A DNA stretch of 64,000 bases from a virus. The translations under genes and the position numbers were made by a program. Within the stretch, counting starts at the first letter, position 1. Every line of letters starts with the position of its first letter. The stretch covers positions 1 to 64,000 of the IMG/VR virus record IMGVR_UViG_3300042691_023046; one strand, written 5' to 3'. Shown here piece after piece: positions 10,503 to 19,869 of the stretch. A model generated the notes under the pieces. That model did not search any database. It saw only the letters and a list, made by a program, of their open reading frames with translations, and was not told the origin of the DNA.

Positions 10503-10724
10503 TTATTCTATTTTTATAAATTTTAAATTTGTTTTAGTTTTTCCATGAGTATAATAACCTTTTTTACTTCTACTATTTCTAACAATAGTATTACTTTTAA
10601 TACCTAACATATTAGCTATTTTTGTTAAAAATTCTTTTTCATGAATAACTTCTTTTGTATCAAAATTTATAACTTTATAATAAGTTCTGTTAAAATATTC
10701 ACTATCTTCTATATTTTGTATCAT
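10503..10724 (-). CDS. Small putative DNA-binding (NUMOD1/HTH-like) protein
   Basis: KIANMLGIKSNTI HTH-like segment. Confidence 0.4.
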   Translation of the reverse strand: MIQNIEDSEYFNRTYYKVINFDTKEVIHEKEFLTKIANMLGIKSNTIVRNSRSKKGYYTHGKTKTNLKFIKIE

Positions 10725-12745
10725 AATAATTGTATTTGTTTTGATTCAAATTCATTTTGTATTTCTCTACATTTTATTATATAATAATCATAATTTATAT
10801 CATAATATCTTAAAAGTTCTGATTGTTCTGTTAAATCTACTTCACCATCTTCTGTATTATAAATTTGAAAATTTCTTAAATCTTCATATTTATTAAATAT
10901 TTTAACAGCAAAACCTTTTAACATATTTTCTGGTTCTTTACTTGAAGGTTTTTCTTTATATAAATATGCTCCTTTGTTTGAAACATAAAACCTGTTTAAC
11001 CTTTGTTGTCTGAAACCATTCCAGAATACTTTATAAGATTTATCTACTTTATAACAAGCACAAAAATCATATATATCTGTATGATTTTTAATAGTTGTTT
11101 CAAACGGTATATTATTAATAAAATATTCTCTTAAAGCTATTGATATAATTGTAAAATCATGTGAACGTGATAATTCCATAAATACATCATCTAAAGGTTT
11201 ACTTATAAAATAACCTTTTTCTTTATATTTACCTTTATCATCTACTGCTAAATAATTATTAATATTGTTTCTAATTACTTTTTTGTAAATAACAGATTCC
11301 ATTTCCATTTTACTAATAGTTTCCCACTCTTTAATTATTTGTTTAACTTGTTCTTTAAGTTCTTGTTTATATTTAATAGTAACACCATCAGTGTTACACA
11401 TATCTATTATAACACCTATATTAGCAAGTTTTTCACATAACATTAAAAGAAATAATTGTCCATTAATAGTTATCATTAAAGTTTTTGACCAGTCGTACAT
11501 ACAAGTGTATTCAGAATTTAAATTCCCAAAAAATCCTCCATTTAACGCTAATTTTAATAAGTTTGCTTCTGCTGATTTACCTAAACCTTCACGTTTAAGT
11601 TTTAATCTTTCATTTTTTATATTATTTAATTCTTCTGCAAATTCATTACCTAAATGTTTAGGAACAACTTTCCATTCAGCACCTAAACTTGGGTAGTAGC
11701 TACTGACATCAACGTCCTCATATATAAATCCTTCTTCTTGTTCAACAATTTCTGCTTTATGATAACTGTGTAATCCACCGCTCTTGATATCATATCTTAA
11801 ACCTTTAAACATAACTTCAAATGATAATTCATTTGTACTTGTTACTGATAAAGTTTTTAAATGTTCTAATAAAGCATAAAAATTCTTATATTGTGAATGT
11901 TGTTTACTTTTTAAAGTATAAGTATAAAGTTTTAAATCTAAATCATTTTTTGGTTTATCAAATTTTATAACATCAAAAATAATATCTTTTAAATGAACTA
12001 TTGAATTATGTGTTCTTAAATCTTTAACTACTGATTCTTCTAAACCTGTTCTATCACAATATCTTTTAACTAATACATTTAAACCTAATTTAACAGAATC
12101 CCAACTATAACAATGAAAACCATATTTTCTATGTGCTGCTAATCTTAAATTTATTTCTCCAACCATTAAATTAGCTAATATTTTAGTAATCTTCATATTT
12201 CTAGTTCCATGATTGAATATTATATCCATTTCATCAAAATCTAAATATTTATCTACATCTATTGGTTGTTCAGTTATATCAGGATAATTAATGTTACAAG
12301 CTAAAGTATTTAATGATAACTTTTTAGAAATTCTAAGCATTTTACTCCAATAAAGAAATAAATCAATACTTATAGGTGGAAAACCATATTTATATTTTTT
12401 ATAAAAATCAAAATTTTTCTTAAAACCATATTTCATTTCAGTATCACTATCTTCTGTCATTTTATCATTTAAAGTTTTTAATTCTTTATTGATAGTATTT
12501 GTTGAAGCGTTAGAAAATCTATTATAGTTTTTTATTAAATAATTAATTATTATATCATCATAGTTTATATTGTTAAAACCTATTACATAATGAGTGTCTT
12601 TACTTTTAAATAATTCTACTATTTCTTTTAAATCATTTCTTCTATAAGATATTTCAAATAATCTTTGTTCATTAGTACTAAAATCTTCAATACTGGCTGA
12701 AAAAAAGTTAGAGTAAACCTCAATATTATATATAAACCTATTCAT
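10721..12745 (-). CDS. Family B DNA polymerase (crAss-type)
   Basis: GGLHS, DVSSYYPS, LKLALNG.FG and NTDG polymerase motifs, plus an N-terminal exonuclease-like domain (GFNNINYD). Confidence 0.92.
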   Translation of the reverse strand: MNRFIYNIEVYSNFFSASIEDFSTNEQRLFEISYRRNDLKEIVELFKSKDTHYVIGFNNINYDDIIINYLIKNYNRFSNASTNTINKELKTLNDKMTEDSDTEMKYGFKKNFDFYKKYKYGFPPISIDLFLYWSKMLRISKKLSLNTLACNINYPDITEQPIDVDKYLDFDEMDIIFNHGTRNMKITKILANLMVGEINLRLAAHRKYGFHCYSWDSVKLGLNVLVKRYCDRTGLEESVVKDLRTHNSIVHLKDIIFDVIKFDKPKNDLDLKLYTYTLKSKQHSQYKNFYALLEHLKTLSVTSTNELSFEVMFKGLRYDIKSGGLHSYHKAEIVEQEEGFIYEDVDVSSYYPSLGAEWKVVPKHLGNEFAEELNNIKNERLKLKREGLGKSAEANLLKLALNGGFFGNLNSEYTCMYDWSKTLMITINGQLFLLMLCEKLANIGVIIDMCNTDGVTIKYKQELKEQVKQIIKEWETISKMEMESVIYKKVIRNNINNYLAVDDKGKYKEKGYFISKPLDDVFMELSRSHDFTIISIALREYFINNIPFETTIKNHTDIYDFCACYKVDKSYKVFWNGFRQQRLNRFYVSNKGAYLYKEKPSSKEPENMLKGFAVKIFNKYEDLRNFQIYNTEDGEVDLTEQSELLRYYDINYDYYIIKCREIQNEFESKQIQLL

Positions 12746-12749
12746 TAAT

Positions 12750-13328
12750 TTATTTAATACTTAAACTAAATTTTTCATTTATTCTAGCACCTTCAATTAA
12801 CTCACCAGCTTGTAACAGCTCTTTAATTGGAGTTTTTAATACTTCTACTTTAGTTTCAAATACTTTTCCTGTAGCTTCTACTATTTTAGCTAATTCTTCA
12901 TAAGAAACTCTATCTTTAATAGTTAAAGATTTATATTTCTTATCAATAATTTCTTCATCAATTTCTACTGGTGTAGATTTAGTAGTACCTAATTTAAATG
13001 TACCTGCTGTACTTCTCCAAATATCTTTTTTAGGGTCTTTTTCACCAAATAATCTTAAACCACCTAATAAAGAATCTTTAAATCTTTTAATCATTAATTC
13101 TTTAGATGTTTTAACTTTATTTATTCTTTCCATTTCTGTATCACAAAATGCAACATCAGCTTCTAATGTTTTAATAATTTTACAAAATTGTTCTGATTTT
13201 GTAGCCCATTCTTCTGTTGTAAAATTTAATAAAGCATTTTGTTCATCTGTTAAAACACCTTCTTGACTTTCTGCTTCACTCATTAAATTTAAGTAAAGGT
13301 TTTCTATTTTATATAAACTACTATTCAT
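12750..13328 (-). CDS. Siphovirus Gp157 family protein
   Basis: SLY.I, coiled coil, C-terminal K..IKELLQAGELIEGARI...SLSIK. Confidence 0.85.
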   Translation of the reverse strand: MNSSLYKIENLYLNLMSEAESQEGVLTDEQNALLNFTTEEWATKSEQFCKIIKTLEADVAFCDTEMERINKVKTSKELMIKRFKDSLLGGLRLFGEKDPKKDIWRSTAGTFKLGTTKSTPVEIDEEIIDKKYKSLTIKDRVSYEELAKIVEATGKVFETKVEVLKTPIKELLQAGELIEGARINEKFSLSIK

Positions 13329-13652
13329 TTGTTTGTTGTTTCTTTAAATTTTTGTTTTTCCAATAATGTTTAATATTTTCACTTTGAGTTGTCCATTCTA
13401 AATTATCTTTTGTAAAATCTTTTTTATTTAAATTTTTATGATTTATAATTTTACAATTATTAGGATTAGGTATAAAATGAACACCTATCATTACATGAAT
13501 TAATAATGTTTTAGATTTACCATTATATCTACTTTATAAGCTGGATAATTTCTACTATTATCTATTTTTAAAATTTTATTTTTATTTATATGTTTTAACT
13601 GTCCTAATTCATTAATCAGATAATTAGGAGCTTTTTGACATACTGTCCACAT
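13321..13652 (-). pseudogene. NUMOD4/HNH homing endonuclease with a single frameshift
   Basis: Not in the ORF track. MWTVCQKAPNYLINELGQL...YKVDI, then after a frameshift near 13524, NGKSKTLLIHVMIGVHFIPNPNNCKIINHKNLNKKDFTKDNLEWTTQSENIKH. Confidence 0.8.
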
Positions 13653-13654
13653 AT

Positions 13655-13939
13655 TTAATTTTGTTTATTTAATCCTATTAAATTTTTTTCATATACACAA
13701 TAACAACTATGAGGTGTACTCCATAATTCTCCTGTATTATTACCTAATTTTTTATATTTACCTGCCCAATAACCTAAATTATTACCATAACTATGTGCTA
13801 CAATATCTCCATCTACAATAGGTTTATTTTGATTTATTTTATAAATTTCTTCATAATATTCAACTAAATTTTTATTATGTTTTAAAGTTATAAATTGTAA
13901 CCATTCATTAAATGTTTGTGTTATTTCTGTTTTACACAT
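13655..13939 (-). CDS. Hypothetical protein
   Basis: ORF in operon. Confidence 0.5.
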   Translation of the reverse strand: MCKTEITQTFNEWLQFITLKHNKNLVEYYEEIYKINQNKPIVDGDIVAHSYGNNLGYWAGKYKKLGNNTGELWSTPHSCYCVYEKNLIGLNKQN

Positions 13940-13966
13940 ATTCTTCTAATGTTTTTTTTTGTATTT

Positions 13967-14383
13967 TTATATACTTAATTTAAATTTGATTCTACCTGTA
14001 TTTTGAGTTGTATATAATTTAGTTATAAAAGCTTTATAAATTTGACTATCATTATGTATAATTCCTAATTTTTCTAAACAATCAGTAATTGCTTTAGCTG
14101 TATTATCATAATCAGGTTTTTTCCTCATAGGAAAATTATCAATAAGATGTTTTTTTGGTGTTGAACTTGGATAAGGAAAATAAACAATTAATTCTAAAAT
14201 ACCAAAATCTTGAGGTAAAATATTATGTTTTTTCATTTCATATATCATACAATCTTGATAGGCTTTATATTTCGCTGGCATGTAAGCCCCAAATTTACCT
14301 AATCTTGGTCTTGGTGATGTTTGAGGTGTTAAATCTAATTCATACCAACCTTCATCATTTTCTTCTTTACTGTCTATTCCCAT
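13967..14383 (-). CDS. RusA-like Holliday junction resolvase
   Basis: PRPR, KKPDYDN..K...D and NDSQI motifs. Confidence 0.9.
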   Translation of the reverse strand: MGIDSKEENDEGWYELDLTPQTSPRPRLGKFGAYMPAKYKAYQDCMIYEMKKHNILPQDFGILELIVYFPYPSSTPKKHLIDNFPMRKKPDYDNTAKAITDCLEKLGIIHNDSQIYKAFITKLYTTQNTGRIKFKLSI

Positions 14384-14384
14384 T

Positions 14385-14654
14385 TTATATTTTTACTCTA
14401 ATTAAATTATTTTTTAAAAAATAAGATATACTATAAGGACAATTTAAAAGTTCATCAAAAATATTATCATAAATATATTCTTTTTCTACCCATTCTTTAA
14501 CTAAAGGTTGTCTATTAGCATCTAATTGTTCTTGAATAGTTTCTTTAGTATCTTCTATTGATGTAAAAAACCAACTTTCTCCTCCTGATGTTAATAATAT
14601 TTCATATTTAAAACTTTTTACAAATTCATCTCTTTTTGGTATTCTATATTCCAT
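14385..14654 (-). CDS. Hypothetical protein
   Basis: ORF in operon. Confidence 0.55.
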   Translation of the reverse strand: MEYRIPKRDEFVKSFKYEILLTSGGESWFFTSIEDTKETIQEQLDANRQPLVKEWVEKEYIYDNIFDELLNCPYSISYFLKNNLIRVKI

Positions 14655-14937
14655 TTCCTTTTTGTTTCATTGTGAATAACCAAGCGTTAAATGTTTTTTC
14701 TGCTTTTTTTTCTTCATTTTGTTTAAAAATAAAATATTCTTTATTAGTCATATTATTAGGTTTATATTTAAAAAAATTATTACTACAATAAAATACTTCT
14801 TGACTATCTTTTAAATCATTTATAAATATATTATTATTTTCTAATATAATTCTATATTCATCAGCTAATTGATAATTTTTATTATTTCTAGCTTCTTGTC
14901 TTTTATAGATTATTTCATCTAAGTTTAAATTACCCAT
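14644..14937 (-). CDS. Stand-alone CysRS C-terminal (anticodon-binding)-like domain
   Basis: RQEARNNKNYQLADEYRIILENNNIFIND matches the CysRS R..AR..K.W..AD.IR..L...GI...D motif. Confidence 0.7.
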   Translation of the reverse strand: MGNLNLDEIIYKRQEARNNKNYQLADEYRIILENNNIFINDLKDSQEVFYCSNNFFKYKPNNMTNKEYFIFKQNEEKKAEKTFNAWLFTMKQKGNGI

Positions 14938-15934
14938 ATATTAAATTGTGTGTTACTTCTATTGCTTTTTCATAATTAATTTCTTTTACTATATCTGATA
15001 TATCTTTAGGTAAATCTAAATCATGTACTATATAATCAACTCCTAAATCTTTTGATTGTTGTTTCATAGCTTCAATTCCAGCTTTATCATTATTGTACCA
15101 TAAAATTATATTTTTGTATTTAGTTTTAAGAAATTCTATTTTCTTTTTTGTTGGTTTAATTGTTTCACTCATTGTAGCTGCTACTTCAAAACCAAAAGTA
15201 TATTCTTTTTCTATTTTTCTTAAAACTTTTACATCTTTATAACTTGATTGTAAAATCAATAAATCTTGATTATATTGTAATTCATGTTCTCCTTGTAATA
15301 TTTCAGAATTATTATGTAAAAACTTTAACTCTCCTTTGTCTTTAGATGCAAAAGGAATATAGATTTTATAATTATAATCTCCAAAATGATACGCAAACAT
15401 AATTTTATCACTTTGAAACTTCATATCATTATACCAATAACATTTAATAGGATGAATATTAGCTAAATCATCTTTAGTAGTTAAATTAAATTGTTTCCAA
15501 AAATCATAATGTTTTTTAGTCCATTCTGTTCTTTTAATCTTTATATCTAATTTTGACTTTTCTTGTGTTAATTTGATTAACTGTTCTTTTGATAAAATGT
15601 ATTGATATTCAGTAAATTCATTACCATCTAAAAGAGAGAAATGTTTGGCTATAATTTGCAATACTTGATTAAAGTTACAATCTGGTGTAATTGATTGAAT
15701 TAAACCAAAACAATCATAACCTTTTGTTTGCGCCCAATCTCTAAACCATAATTTACCATCAGGAAATATTTTAATAGTACATGTAGGATTAGGGTCATTT
15801 CTTAATATATTACAAAACATTTTGTTTGTACCTATATAAGTATAGTCTATATTTAAATATTTACAAAATATATCTGCTTCTGTAATATTATCTAATATGA
15901 ATTTTTTATTGATTCTTTGGTCTATTGGTATCAT
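14930..15934 (-). CDS. DNA primase (crAss-type)
   Basis: LRND.NPTC...F.DW zinc-binding-like region, Toprim SYKDV...NNDKAG, PKDISD. Start placed at ATG 15934 because the track start lies inside a terminator. Confidence 0.8.
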   Translation of the reverse strand: MIPIDQRINKKFILDNITEADIFCKYLNIDYTYIGTNKMFCNILRNDPNPTCTIKIFPDGKLWFRDWAQTKGYDCFGLIQSITPDCNFNQVLQIIAKHFSLLDGNEFTEYQYILSKEQLIKLTQEKSKLDIKIKRTEWTKKHYDFWKQFNLTTKDDLANIHPIKCYWYNDMKFQSDKIMFAYHFGDYNYKIYIPFASKDKGELKFLHNNSEILQGEHELQYNQDLLILQSSYKDVKVLRKIEKEYTFGFEVAATMSETIKPTKKKIEFLKTKYKNIILWYNNDKAGIEAMKQQSKDLGVDYIVHDLDLPKDISDIVKEINYEKAIEVTHNLIYG

Positions 15935-15956
15935 ATTTTCAAATTTAAGTAAAAAC

Positions 15957-15989
15957 AAAAAAAGCATACTGTATTTAAACAGTATGCTT
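15957..15989 (-). terminator. Intrinsic terminator
   Basis: AAGCATACTG/CAGTATGCTT stem with T-run on the minus strand. Confidence 0.85.
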
Positions 15990-16003
15990 ATATTAATTAT
16001 TTA

Positions 16004-16852
16004 CTATAAATTTGAATTAAAATCTGATTGTATAGTTTCGTTGTCAGGAGTATCAATTTGTGTTGTAGGATTATAAACTCTAAGTTTTAAATCTTTATTG
16101 TATTCTGCTTTAAATTCACCATTATCTTCATTAAGTGCTTTAATAAAAGCATTTTTTGAATTTTTCATTGTAGCTCTTGTAAATTTCTTAGTATAAACAT
16201 TTTGATAGTATTTACCATTTTTTTCTTTTACACCTAATAAACAAGTTACTTCATTAGTTGCTACAGCTTTAACATAATTTCTTAATTCTGTAACATCACC
16301 TTTCATAATAGCTTCTCTATTTTTAAAACCTGCTTTTTCATCATAACCAATATATAAAAAAGCTTTAAAGAAATCTAATAAAGCAGCTTCTCCTACATAA
16401 GCTTGTACAATAGGTTCTTCTTTATAAAACCATTCCATTTTAGGATTGTTTGTGATAGTTTCTAAAGATTTACTATATGAAGCATTACCTAAACCATTAA
16501 TAAATTGTGAATTTCCTTTACTACTTAAACCAAAAGTAGGACTAACTAAAAATTCTAATTTAGCCGATACTTTTTTAGTACCTTTATTTAAATTATCTGT
16601 TTTAGTATCTAATTCTTCTACTAAACAATTATTTGATAAATAAATTACTATTTTATTTTGTATTTTATCATTACCTTCTTCATCTTTACCTAAAGAAATA
16701 CCTACATATTGAGGTTCTTTTTCTATACTTGAGCCTTGTAAAGCATTTAATTCTTCTAAAGTTGGATTGATTGCTACTATTCTTAAATCGGCTAATCCTG
16801 TAAAATTGGTTATTGTTGATTCTACAAATTCTTCTTGTTTTTTACCTTGCAT
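16004..16852 (-). CDS. Conserved crAss replication-module protein (possible ssDNA-binding)
   Basis: FTG...IVAINPT.EEL, A..GE..L..F, LLGV...YQ.VY. Lies next to primase and has an acidic tail. Confidence 0.55.
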   Translation of the reverse strand: MQGKKQEEFVESTITNFTGLADLRIVAINPTLEELNALQGSSIEKEPQYVGISLGKDEEGNDKIQNKIVIYLSNNCLVEELDTKTDNLNKGTKKVSAKLEFLVSPTFGLSSKGNSQFINGLGNASYSKSLETITNNPKMEWFYKEEPIVQAYVGEAALLDFFKAFLYIGYDEKAGFKNREAIMKGDVTELRNYVKAVATNEVTCLLGVKEKNGKYYQNVYTKKFTRATMKNSKNAFIKALNEDNGEFKAEYNKDLKLRVYNPTTQIDTPDNETIQSDFNSNL

Positions 16853-16887
16853 GTTATTTTATTTTAATTTTTGTAATTTTTTAAGAC

Positions 16888-16915
16888 AAAAAAAGCAGTA
16901 TTTCTACTGCTTTTT
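16888..16915 (-). terminator. Intrinsic terminator
   Basis: AAAAAGCAGTA-GAAA-TACTGCTTTTTTT on the minus strand. Confidence 0.85.
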
Positions 16916-16938
16916 AATTTTTATAATCAAATTGCTAA

Positions 16939-17613
16939 TTAAGCACTTTGATTATCTTCAAAGTTTGCTGTTACATCATTAGATTCTACTGGTCGATTTG
17001 TAGGTTCTACTACTGTATTAGCTTTTTTAGCTGCTAATGTAACTGCTCTTGCTGCCATAATAGCATCAATTCTTTCTTGAGGAATTTCTCTAGTTTTTTC
17101 TAAAACTGATGGAATTTCTGATGCTACTACTTTATAAGCTTTTATAATACCTTGTTCAATTTCTTCTTCTGTACGTTCAACTTCTACTAAATTTAAATGT
17201 TGACTGTAGCTATAACCTTCTACAAAACCTTTAATAGCAATAGTTCCATCTGCATTTTTTGGAGCAACTATTAATTCTGCTGCTAATAACACATTTGCTA
17301 AATTATCACTTTTATATGACCTTGATTTTTTGTTATTAGATTTACTAGTTAATTTAAATGCAGATGCTCTTTTATCTGTATGTGGTAATGTAGATACTTG
17401 TACAAAAGTTTCATCATCACTTAAACCAGTAAGGATAGCATTGTTATCTAAATTTAATTTTTTCCATGAACCGTTGAAAAAGAAATTTGTTAATACTTCT
17501 CCTTTACGAAAAATAGATTTTACTACTATATCTGATGATTCTGTAGTTGATGTGTTTACATTTGATAGTGATTGAACACCTAATTTTCCATTGTTACTTC
17601 CTAAAATTTTCAT
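16939..17613 (-). CDS. Hypothetical protein (own transcription unit)
   Basis: 224 aa ORF flanked by a promoter and a terminator. Confidence 0.75.
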   Translation of the reverse strand: MKILGSNNGKLGVQSLSNVNTSTTESSDIVVKSIFRKGEVLTNFFFNGSWKKLNLDNNAILTGLSDDETFVQVSTLPHTDKRASAFKLTSKSNNKKSRSYKSDNLANVLLAAELIVAPKNADGTIAIKGFVEGYSYSQHLNLVEVERTEEEIEQGIIKAYKVVASEIPSVLEKTREIPQERIDAIMAARAVTLAAKKANTVVEPTNRPVESNDVTANFEDNQSA

Positions 17614-17656
17614 ACTGTTTGTTTGTTGTTTTTTAATTTATTGTTATTTATTGATA

Positions 17657-17688
17657 CAAATGTAACTCTTTTTTGTATTCTTGTCAAG
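17657..17688 (-). promoter_or_regulatory. Bacteroidota sigma-type promoter
   Basis: TTG-N20-TACATTTG (-33/-7 consensus TTTG/TAnnTTTG). Confidence 0.7.
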
Positions 17689-17797
17689 TAATTTCTTTTA
17701 TATTTTTTGTTTTTTACTAAATATTTTTTATATGTATAGTTTTATAAACACTTTTGTACTTGCAAATACAAAAGAAAATTACTTATTTGAATTATTT

Positions 17798-18505
17798 TTA
17801 TTGTCCATTATAATCTTTTAATATAGCATCTACTATTAACTGTAGATTATTAGGTATATATTCAGTTTCAAACATTCCCATAGGACTTCTAGCAGTATCA
17901 TTCATTGATAAAGTTCTTAATTTATATCTTTCTGGGTCAGTAGCTTTTTTATCTTCATCTATATGAGTATAATAAGTATGTGATAAAGCACCTTCTATAT
18001 TATATTTGGTAGCCATTTTACCTAATACTTTTAATCTTTGTCTATCTGTACCTTTCGATTTATAATCTTCAATATGCCCCATCATAAAAATTATTAAAGG
18101 GTCTTTACTATTAGCGTGAATAGCAGCTATAGTTTTTTTACATTCTTTATACCCTGTTATAATTTTATAATTTTTCTTTTCTCTTGAATATTTTTGTCTA
18201 GCTCCTATAAATGTAAGCGGTTTTTTATCAATATTTAACCAATATGTTTCATCAGGATTAAGAAAACTTCCTCCTACTGTTTTACCACTACCTTCAAAAC
18301 CTAAAATAGCTACTGGAATAGTGTTTGGTAAAGATTTTATATAATTATATAAATCTAATAACTCTACTCCAAAATCTCTCCATTCATCATAAGTAGCACC
18401 TCTATTCTTTTTTTCCATTAAATCTAAATGTACATCAGATTGTAACTGATTAATAGTATCTATGATAGCTACTCTATATTTTTTTTCTACTACTATTTCT
18501 CCCAT
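17798..18505 (-). CDS. AAA_24/Sak4-like P-loop ATPase with permuted segments
   Basis: VAIID (Walker B, aa12-16) precedes GFEGSGKT (Walker A, aa69-76). Also GH.E, K.LGKM, IEG and ARSPMGMF. Confidence 0.85.
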   Translation of the reverse strand: MGEIVVEKKYRVAIIDTINQLQSDVHLDLMEKKNRGATYDEWRDFGVELLDLYNYIKSLPNTIPVAILGFEGSGKTVGGSFLNPDETYWLNIDKKPLTFIGARQKYSREKKNYKIITGYKECKKTIAAIHANSKDPLIIFMMGHIEDYKSKGTDRQRLKVLGKMATKYNIEGALSHTYYTHIDEDKKATDPERYKLRTLSMNDTARSPMGMFETEYIPNNLQLIVDAILKDYNGQ

Positions 18506-18723
18506 TTGTATTCTTTAAATGTTTTACTTGTTAAAATTAAATTACTTGGTATTTCTATTTCATATATACCTTCAAAGCATACATTATCTTTAAGTCTTTG
18601 AATTACAAGACTTCTTCTTTCTTTGTTTTTAAACGAATCTACTAATTCATTATCTACCATAATAAAAGTTTCATGTTCTCCTTTTAAAATAGCTTCTATT
18701 GTTTGATTTGTTAATGCTAACAT
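18493..18723 (-). CDS. Hypothetical protein
   Basis: ORF overlapping its neighbours. Confidence 0.55.
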   Translation of the reverse strand: MLALTNQTIEAILKGEHETFIMVDNELVDSFKNKERRSLVIQRLKDNVCFEGIYEIEIPSNLILTSKTFKEYKWEK

Positions 18724-19865
18724 TATTTTTTTGTTTTTGTTTTAATTAATTCTAAAAAAGGTTTACTAAAATCTTTTATTTTTTTATACCATTGAGGATT
18801 TTCATTAAATTCTTTTGCTATTGGTATTTCTTCAAAATAACCACATATACCTAAAAATCTAAATGCTAATTTAACTCCATCTCTACCTCCTCTATTTTTA
18901 ATTATAAAGCCCATTCTAAAATTATCAGTTATATCATAATCTATTCCTTTTAAAACATAATCTTGATAATTATCTAAATTATGTCTTTTAGGGTGCATTA
19001 ATGCTAATACAACATTAGCATCTTCTTGTGAATTACCTGTTTCTTTAAAATCAGTTAATTGTGGAGTAAGTTCTTTAAATTTTTGTCTTTGTATATCTCC
19101 CAACTCTCTATTAAATTGTGAAACTACTACAGGACTTATTTTATATTTATTTCTTAATTCTATTAAATAACTACAAAGTTTATCCATACTTAATTTTTTA
19201 TTTAATTTTATACCTTTTTCACTTTCAGATTTAATTAAAGAATAATGGTCAATTATAACTATTACATATTCATTAGGTTTATTAGGTTTATATGTTGGAA
19301 TTTTTTTTACTATACCTTCTACTTTTTTATCATATTCTGGCATTGTACCGTTATCAATACAATATTTTTCAACTTGTTTTTTAATACCTGTTGGATTTAA
19401 AGCTATATCTTCAAATTCTATATGTGAAAACAATTTTTCAAAATATTCTTCATAACTAGCAACTAAATTGTAATGTTCATCAGATAATCTATTTTCTACA
19501 TCATTATCATGTTGCATATCCATACCTACAATATGTTCTGGGTCTATCTCTATTTTATGGTCTTGAAATATTTGATATGATACCCATTTAGCTAATTTAG
19601 ATTCTAAATCTATTTCAAACGAATAATAAAAAATTTTTAAAGTTTCTTTTACATTATTTTCTGTAATATGTTTGTAAGGATTTAATATAAAAGCTTCATC
19701 AGCAAAACCTGTTTTACCACAACCTGTTTCTGCCCCAATTAAATAAAATTTCTTTTTTTGTATCCCTCTTAAATATTTATCTAATCTAGGAAAACCCATA
19801 GGTATTCCTTTATTTAAACCTTCTCTACCATCTCTCACATACTTTAAAAAATTTTGATACATCAT
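18723..19865 (-). CDS. DnaB-like replicative helicase
   Basis: GAETGCGKT, SFE, IIDH, SQFNR, DAN.V and KNR motifs. Confidence 0.9.
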   Translation of the reverse strand: MMYQNFLKYVRDGREGLNKGIPMGFPRLDKYLRGIQKKKFYLIGAETGCGKTGFADEAFILNPYKHITENNVKETLKIFYYSFEIDLESKLAKWVSYQIFQDHKIEIDPEHIVGMDMQHDNDVENRLSDEHYNLVASYEEYFEKLFSHIEFEDIALNPTGIKKQVEKYCIDNGTMPEYDKKVEGIVKKIPTYKPNKPNEYVIVIIDHYSLIKSESEKGIKLNKKLSMDKLCSYLIELRNKYKISPVVVSQFNRELGDIQRQKFKELTPQLTDFKETGNSQEDANVVLALMHPKRHNLDNYQDYVLKGIDYDITDNFRMGFIIKNRGGRDGVKLAFRFLGICGYFEEIPIAKEFNENPQWYKKIKDFSKPFLELIKTKTKK

Positions 19866-19869
19866 AATT

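Noticed and set aside
15935-15967. Track start of primase (MLFLFLLKFEN)
   Set aside because: It overlaps a terminator hairpin, so ATG 15934 is more plausible.
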